In this document: positions 59,036 through 64,000 of the stretch, in pieces
Layout of the letters: every line of letters starts with the position of its first letter
How positions within the stretch are numbered: position 1 is the first letter of the stretch
Assembly (NCBI GenBank): GCA_965219875.1
Contig: CBDCOW010000001.1
Span: 604,062-668,061 of the forward strand
DNA: 64,000 bases
Direction of reading: 5' to 3'
Source of the DNA: Dehalococcoidia bacterium
GTDB lineage: Bacteria > Chloroflexota > Dehalococcoidia > SHYB01
Program-made: the position numbers and the translations under genes
The notes under the pieces: generated by a model
Database searches by the model: none
What the model saw: only the letters and a program-made list of their open reading frames with translations
What the model was told of the DNA's origin: nothing

Positions 59036-60310
59036 AAGCTCTACCGGGGCTGGATCATCGTCGCCGTCGGCTTCGTCGTCGCGTTTAGCTCGGGGCCGGG
59101 ACAGTCGTTCGGGATCTCGTCGTTCATCGACCCGATCATCGAAGACACCGGCATCTCCCGCACCACGATCTCGCTGCTGTTCGCGATCAGCACGGGGGTG
59201 AGCGCGGTGATGGCGGCGACGGTAAGCCGCCTGTCCGACCGGTACGGCGCGCGGCGCATCCTTGTGCTGGTGGCCGCCGCGCTGGGGACCGCTTGCTTCG
59301 GCATGGCGCTGTCGTCGGGGATCGTGGGCTTCTTCTTCGCTCTGGCCGCGCTGCGGGCGCTGGGGCAGGGGTCGATGTTCGTCAACTCGACGCTGCTAGT
59401 GGCGCAGTGGTTCGTGGCCAAGCGGGGCCGCGCCATCGCGCTCATGTCGCTGGGCTTCTCCGCCTCGAACGCGGTAGTCCCGGTGGTGTCGCGGGCGCTC
59501 ATCGAAAGCGTGGGCTGGCGGGAGACCTACTACGTGCTCGGCATCGCGGTGTGGGTCCTGGTGATTCCCGCCACGCTGCTCTTCGTCCGCAACACGCCCG
59601 AGGAGGTCGGGCTCCACCCTGACGGCGCGAACGGACCACCCCCCGGAGAACCGTCACCGGCGGAGCGGGACGAAGGCCCCGACCGGCGCAGGGTCTTCAC
59701 CTCGCCCGCCTTCTGGCGGCTCGCGCTGCCCCTGGCCGTCCCCGCGTTCGTGGTGACCGGGCTGATCTTTCACCAGACCTCCATCTTCAAGGAGCGCGGC
59801 TTGAGCGAGGCCGTTGCCGCGGGCGTCTTCGTGGCGTTCGCCATCTCCTCCGCGTCCGGCACGGGCGTCGGCGGCTTCCTGATCGAACGCATCGGCCCGG
59901 CGCGGCTCTTCTCCCTGGCCATGGCGGTGATGGCGGCCGCGGTCACGCTGGGGCTGTTCATGTCGTCGCCGGTGGCCGCGGCGGGCTACGCGGCGCTGCT
60001 GGGGGTATCGGCCGGCATGGCGCAGATCGTCATGGGGGTGATCTGGGCCCACTTCTACGGACGCCACCGGCTGGGGCGGGTGCAGGGATCGGCGGTGATG
60101 ATCATGATCTCCGCGGCGGCCCTCGGGCCGCTGCCCCTCGCCGCTCTCCAGGCCCTGTTCGACAGCTTCCGCATCGCCGTCATTGTGATGGCGGTCATGC
60201 CGGCGCTCGCGATCGCGGCGATCACCCTGGCGCGTCCCAACGCCGCCGCCTTCGCCGAGGAGGCGCGGGGCGCTGGGGAAGGAGAGGAAAGACGCCCCGC
60301 CGAGGGGTGA
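59036..60310 (+). CDS. MFS transporter; no canonical start codon in frame upstream of TM1 (frame opens after TGA at 58946-58948)
   Basis: 12-TM MFS-like hydrophobic pattern; N-terminal LYRGWIIVAVGFVVAFSSGPGQSFGISSF is in frame upstream of the ORF-track Met at 59198 but only a CTG (58961) could start it. Confidence 0.55.
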   Translation, partial: KLYRGWIIVAVGFVVAFSSGPGQSFGISSFIDPIIEDTGISRTTISLLFAISTGVSAVMAATVSRLSDRYGARRILVLVAAALGTACFGMALSSGIVGFFFALAALRALGQGSMFVNSTLLVAQWFVAKRGRAIALMSLGFSASNAVVPVVSRALIESVGWRETYYVLGIAVWVLVIPATLLFVRNTPEEVGLHPDGANGPPPGEPSPAERDEGPDRRRVFTSPAFWRLALPLAVPAFVVTGLIFHQTSIFKERGLSEAVAAGVFVAFAISSASGTGVGGFLIERIGPARLFSLAMAVMAAAVTLGLFMSSPVAAAGYAALLGVSAGMAQIVMGVIWAHFYGRHRLGRVQGSAVMIMISAAALGPLPLAALQALFDSFRIAVIVMAVMPALAIAAITLARPNAAAFAEEARGAGEGEERRPAEG

Positions 60311-60366
60311 CGCGGGGCGCGAAAGCGGGTACCTTGACCCCCGACGCGCCTAGAGGAGGGAACGCC

Positions 60367-60816
60367 ATGCTCGACGCACAGGAAGTTGCCGACGGCGTTG
60401 AAATCAGCGGGCTGCTGACCCGCTATTGCACCGCCATCGACTCGAAGCGCTTCGACCTACTCGACGACGTGTTCGCCGAGGACGCCATGATCGACTACAA
60501 CTCCTCCGCGCCCGACGTGCGGGGGACGCGGGCCGAGATGAAGCAGTGGCTCTCCGAGGTGCTGGCCTTCTTCCCCGTGACGCAGCACCTCGTCAGCAAC
60601 ACCGAGTTCGAGATCGACGGCGACCGCGCCTCGACCCGCACCATGTTCTTCAATCCGATGGGCTGGCTGGACGAGGCCGGCGAGTTGCAGCTCTTCTTCG
60701 TCGGCGGCTACTACGAGGACAAGTTCGTGCGCACCGAGGCCGGTTGGCGCATCACCGAACGCGTCGAGCAAGCGTCGTGGTCGAAGGGCACGATGCCGAC
60801 CGCCCTGCCGTCCTAA
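60367..60816 (+). CDS. SnoaL-like/NTF2-family protein
   Basis: 150 aa; LLTRYCTAIDSKRFDLLDDVFAEDAMID pattern. Confidence 0.55.
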   Translation: MLDAQEVADGVEISGLLTRYCTAIDSKRFDLLDDVFAEDAMIDYNSSAPDVRGTRAEMKQWLSEVLAFFPVTQHLVSNTEFEIDGDRASTRTMFFNPMGWLDEAGELQLFFVGGYYEDKFVRTEAGWRITERVEQASWSKGTMPTALPS

Positions 60817-60821
60817 CCGCC

Positions 60822-61967
60822 ATGTCCGACGTCACGGTCCAAGGACACGCCGACGCGCGCTTTCGCGCCGTCGCCGACGCCTTCGCCGCCAATTTCGACC
60901 AGGAAGGGTCCGGCCCCGCCGAGTGCGGCGTGGCCCTGGCCGTCTACCTCGAAGGCGAGCTTGTCGTCGATCTTTGGGGCGGGTACGCCGACAGGGAACG
61001 CTCGCGCCCGTGGGAGCGCGACACCATCGTCTGCGTCATGTCCACGACGAAGGGCGCGGCGTCGCTGTGCGCGCACCGGCTCGCCGACGAGGGCAAGCTC
61101 GACTTCGACGCGCCGGTGGCCCGCTACTGGCCCGAGTTCGCCGCCGGCGGCAAGGCGTCCATCCCTGTCCACATGCTGTTGAGCCACCGGTCCGGCCTCG
61201 CCGCGGTGCGCGAGCCGCTCCCCGCCGAAGCGCTGTTCGACTGGGAGGCGATGACGGAGGCCCTCGCCAGGGCCGAGCCGTGGTGGGAGCCGGGGACGAT
61301 GCACGGCTACCACGCCTTCACCTTCGGCTGGCTCGTCGGGGAACTCGTGCGCCGGATCGACGGGCGCGGCCTGGGGACCTACTTCCGCGACGAGATCGCC
61401 GGCCCGTTGGGCCTCGATTGGCTGATCGGCTTCGGCCCCGAGCACGACGGCCGCGTCGCCCAGGTCCTCTCGCCACCCTACAACCCCAACGTCGCGCGCC
61501 CCGATCCCGAATCGCTCGCGGGCAAGGCGGTGGGGAACCCGCCGGGTATCTTCAGAATGCTGAACACGCGGGAGTGGCGCGCCGCGGAGATTCCCGCCGC
61601 CAACGGCCACACCAACGCCCGCGCCACGGCGCGGATGTACGCGGCCTTGGCCCAGGGCGGCGAGCTTGACGGCGTCCGTGTCGTGAGCCAGGAGGCCATC
61701 GAGCGCGCCATCGTCGAGCGCTCCGACGGCGTCGAGGCGACGTTGAGCGGGGAGATGCGGTTCGGCCTCGGCTTCCAACTCAACGGGCCGCCCGTATTGG
61801 GCCCCAATCCCCGCGCCTTCGGGCACGCGGGGTACGGCGGGTCTCTCGGCTTCGCCGACCCCGACGCCCGGCTCGGTTTCGGCTATACCCCGAACCAATA
61901 TCTCGCGGGCCTGGGCGACGACCCCCGCCGCGCCCGGATACTCAGGGCGCTCTACGACGCGCTGTAG
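60822..61967 (+). CDS. serine hydrolase, beta-lactamase/transpeptidase-like (class C/esterase family)
   Basis: S-x-x-K active site STTK; ORF-track start is in wrong place, ATG at 60822. Confidence 0.75.
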   Translation: MSDVTVQGHADARFRAVADAFAANFDQEGSGPAECGVALAVYLEGELVVDLWGGYADRERSRPWERDTIVCVMSTTKGAASLCAHRLADEGKLDFDAPVARYWPEFAAGGKASIPVHMLLSHRSGLAAVREPLPAEALFDWEAMTEALARAEPWWEPGTMHGYHAFTFGWLVGELVRRIDGRGLGTYFRDEIAGPLGLDWLIGFGPEHDGRVAQVLSPPYNPNVARPDPESLAGKAVGNPPGIFRMLNTREWRAAEIPAANGHTNARATARMYAALAQGGELDGVRVVSQEAIERAIVERSDGVEATLSGEMRFGLGFQLNGPPVLGPNPRAFGHAGYGGSLGFADPDARLGFGYTPNQYLAGLGDDPRRARILRALYDAL

Positions 61968-61976
61968 CTCCCAAAA

Positions 61977-62150
61977 GGAGACCTTTGCGTAACCTTGGGC
62001 CTTGCCCCACGAGGCCGTTCGGGGGTAGGAACGGGCGATTCGCGAATCGCCCCTACGGAGACCTTGGCGTAACTTGGGGCGAGCAGGGAACAGCGCCCTA
62101 CGGGCGCTCGCGCGCCTGGCGGCGCGCGCCCTCTCTCAATCTCCCCATGA
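61977..62150. repeat. repeat cluster: two direct 17-mers (61977, 62057), GGCGATTCGCGAATCGCCCCTACGG module, CGCTCGCGCGCCTGGCGGCGCGCGCC module
   Basis: read directly. Confidence 0.55.
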
Positions 62151-62475
62151 TTGCGAAGCAATCGCAACGGAAAACTGCGGTACTCGTGGGCCGTGGGCCT
62201 GGAGCCGATTGAAGACGGCCACAGATGACGGGACCCCCGTGCGGTTCGAGTCTCCGCAGGATCACCATTCTTGATGGTAGACAGTACTGAGCCGTCTAGG
62301 GCCATCTCCACGGCTTTCCCGCCGGGTATCAGGCAGTCGTCGGGCATGGGTATGGTGTAGGGCACCACAGCGTTGCCGGGTCTCACCACGATCCCCTTGA
62401 CGAAGCTCTCGATGAAGGCCCTGCGCTCCGTCAGCTCACTCTCGTTAAGAAACCGCCCTCGCTTCGAAGCTCCGT

Positions 62476-62512
62476 TCACACTGGGCCAACGGGCGCTGGT
62501 TCGAATCCACGA
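62476..62512 (+). other. tRNA-like 3' fragment (canonical T-loop GGTTCGAATCC + acceptor-like ACCGCGCC) without a matching 5' half
   Basis: GGTTCGAATCC T-loop consensus; no complementary acceptor 5' strand within 100 nt upstream. Confidence 0.3.
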
Positions 62513-62646
62513 CCGCGCCTTCACCGGTTAAAGCCTGGAATCCCAGAGAGCCTGTCTCGGCCCACGGTCTGCTGCCGTGGTATCCTCGCCGGAACGAAAC
62601 CCGACGCGCAAGGCGGCGTGAGCTGACGCTTTGCGGAGAAGCGCCC

Positions 62647-63129
62647 ATGGCTGCGAACGATGAACGAGAAGTCCTTATCCAGACCCTGGACAAGACGGTA
62701 AGGGAGGGCTTGGGCTTCTTTGGCAGGCTCGCGGACACCCCCGTCAGAGTAGGAGTTTGGGGCCCGAAAGAGGTGCTCTCACACTTTCTTTTCTACCACC
62801 AACTGGCTGTCGAGGGCATGAAGTCCAGGCGCGGTGGAGGGGCTCCGTACAAGATGGATGCGCACGTGGACCAGCTCAACGCCCGCGCAGTGGCCCGCGA
62901 GGCTGGGAGAACCATCGAGGAGTTAGTCGCAGACATCCAGCGAGCCCATAAGGACCTTCGAGAGGAAGGTCGTCTGGCTCCCGACTTGGGAGCTGTGGCG
63001 GTCGTTCGTTGGGATGACACGACGTCAACCGTGCGCCATCGGTTCACGTCCTACAACGATCACTGGTTGGAACACATGCGGGACTGGACAGCAGCCATCA
63101 ACGAACTCGAGGGCCGAACGATCGAATAG
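62647..63129 (+). CDS. hypothetical four-helix-bundle-like protein (DinB/ClbS-like guess)
   Basis: 160 aa, helical; His-containing FLFYHQLAVEGM and HWLEHMRDW segments. Confidence 0.35.
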   Translation: MAANDEREVLIQTLDKTVREGLGFFGRLADTPVRVGVWGPKEVLSHFLFYHQLAVEGMKSRRGGGAPYKMDAHVDQLNARAVAREAGRTIEELVADIQRAHKDLREEGRLAPDLGAVAVVRWDDTTSTVRHRFTSYNDHWLEHMRDWTAAINELEGRTIE

Positions 63130-63152
63130 GGGGAGGCAGATACGGCGCCAGC

Positions 63153-63494
63153 TTGCACACGCGGGAGTCGCTACACGACATCGGCGGATTCGTCTACGAC
63201 AGCAACTCGGTGAGCAACGACCTGCCCTACTACACGACCGTCAACGGGCAGCCATGGCTCGTGATTCCGTACACCCCCGAAGGCAACGACGCACGCTTCT
63301 GGAGGCGTGGCCTGGTCAGCACGGAAGACTTCTACCAGTACATGAAGGACTCCTTCGAATGTCTCTACGAAGACGAAGAGGGGGAAGGAGACACCGAAGA
63401 TGATGTCCGTAGGTCTCCACTGCCGCATCGCAGGACGGCCGCCACGCTCGGTCGCAGTAGAGCGCTTCCTCGAATGTGTGACAGCCTGTCCTAA
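63153..63494 (+). pseudogene. C-terminal fragment of a PuuE-like polysaccharide deacetylase
   Basis: YDSNSVSNDLPYY...WLVIPYTPEGNDARFW...STEDFYQYMKDSFECLYEDEE parallels the C-terminal third of the deacetylase at 21954..22832; no N-terminal part upstream. Confidence 0.35.
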
Positions 63495-63589
63495 GGTTGA
63501 ATGGCACGCCGCATCGACATCGCGAATTGGCGGCTCGACGATTGAGCGAACCTCCGGCCACGTGGCGAGCGGGCTGACGCGGAATACCC

Positions 63590-63781
63590 ATGAAAGAATC
63601 GCCTGACGGGTTGAACATGGATGGGTTACGGGCGCTGGCGGAAGCGTCGGGCCTGTCGATACCGGAAGAGGACCTCCAAGAGGTCGCATTCCGGCTCAAG
63701 GCACTGATGATCGAGGTCAAGAAAGTGGAGGGCCTCGATCTGGCAACGAGAGACCCGAATCCACTCTTTGCAAACGAGTAA
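63590..63781 (+). CDS. AtzG-like small protein (DUF4089, GatC-derived)
   Basis: 63 aa, immediately upstream of an amidase-signature gene, as AtzG sits upstream of AtzE; LSIPEEDLQEVAFRLKALMIEV pattern. Confidence 0.45.
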   Translation: MKESPDGLNMDGLRALAEASGLSIPEEDLQEVAFRLKALMIEVKKVEGLDLATRDPNPLFANE

Positions 63782-63785
63782 CGAC

Positions 63786-64000
63786 ATGCCGGTCCCGGAA
63801 CTAACGAGCTACACGGTGAGCAGCCTCGCGAAGCTCATCCGGCAAAAGAAGGTCGCGCCAGTTGAGGTCGTCGAGGGTTGCGTGGATCTGGTCCGTGACC
63901 AGATGATGGAGGCGTTCCAGCGGTTCGACATCCTTCTTTCACCCATCGCGCATGCCCCTCCGGTAACCATCGACGAAGGCACCCGCCCCTTTTCGAGCGA
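63786..64000 (+). CDS. amidase-signature enzyme, N-terminal part (runs off window end)
   Basis: LTSYTVSSLAKLIRQKKVAPVEVVEGCVDLV is the canonical amidase N-terminus. Confidence 0.6.
   Translation, partial: MPVPELTSYTVSSLAKLIRQKKVAPVEVVEGCVDLVRDQMMEAFQRFDILLSPIAHAPPVTIDEGTRPFSS

Noticed and set aside
62440-62520. Complete tRNA (including a possible tRNA-Sec, anticodon TCA in GTTCACA) around the GGTTCGAATCC T-loop
   Set aside because: Could not build an acceptor stem, since no complementary 5' strand is within range. Position 37 would be a pyrimidine. Only the T-arm and 3' acceptor strand look tRNA-like, so I report it as a fragment only.
61952-62738. ORFs of 190 and 97 aa on the minus strand
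   Set aside because: They span the REP/MITE repeat cluster and the tRNA-like fragment, have Arg/Pro/Ser-rich composition, and no family resemblance. Judged non-coding.

Overview
High-GC bacterial chromosomal window (roughly 68% GC by eye) with five tRNA genes and two clearly AT-richer islets. It contains no rRNA, no CRISPR array, and no recognisable transcriptional regulator anywhere in the 64 kb.

Layout, left to right:
- 1-4000: rpmH-rnpA-yidD(-yidC off the left edge), not next to dnaA but next to a Bacillus-type methionine-salvage operon mtnW(RuBisCO-like enolase)-mtnX-mtnB plus mtnD.
- 4042-7665: tRNA-Met and tRNA-Val, then an AT-richer two-gene module (transthyretin-like-domain protein + HEPN Rx4-6H protein), an old-yellow-enzyme/2,4-dienoyl-CoA-reductase-like flavoprotein, and a degenerate copy of the tRNA-Met 3' end. 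This looks like a decayed tRNA-integrated islet.
- 7800-10740: a YbaY-like lipoprotein frameshifted at a poly-C tract, a GOLPH3/GPP34-family protein and an NTF2-like protein.
- 10816-12805: tRNA-Gly(CCC) followed by an AT-richer islet with a Panacea/SocA-like protein directly downstream of an HD-domain dGTPase-family gene that is broken by an in-frame TAG.
- 12900-19000: an LLM oxidoreductase, NTF2-like proteins, an IS5-family insertion sequence, a 4-OT tautomerase and a 560-aa coiled-coil orphan protein. The IS terminal 17-mer GGAGACCTTTGCGTAAC recurs throughout the window inside MITE/REP-like intergenic repeats.
- 19180-50070: one large regulator-less catabolic cluster. It holds Dpp/Opp-type ABC parts (2 permeases, 4 ATPases, 1 lipoprotein solute-binding protein with a collagen-like linker), amidase, PuuE-like deacetylase, amidohydrolase, MmgE/PrpD, a TPP enzyme, hydantoinase B/A, RidA, five SDRs and two to three LLM oxidoreductases. 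It also holds three paralogous ~430-aa divergent DRE-TIM (HMGL-like) metallolyases that I cannot assign to a named family. tRNA-Lys and tRNA-Leu sit inside this cluster.
- 50400-64000: an AT-richer DUF3800 gene, purF-purM-purH, an AT-richer DUF4258/DUF2283 overlapping pair, gap, an M20D amidohydrolase, an MFS transporter, an NTF2-like protein, a beta-lactamase-family serine hydrolase, a tRNA-like 3' fragment, a deacetylase gene fragment, and an AtzG-like small protein plus the start of an amidase.

The M20D gene has an in-frame TGA exactly at the metal-ligand Cys of the MHACGHD motif. It is followed by a GC hairpin with a GGUC-initiated loop at bacterial-SECIS-like distance, so it is a candidate new selenoprotein. 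The alternatives are a pseudogene or a sequencing error.
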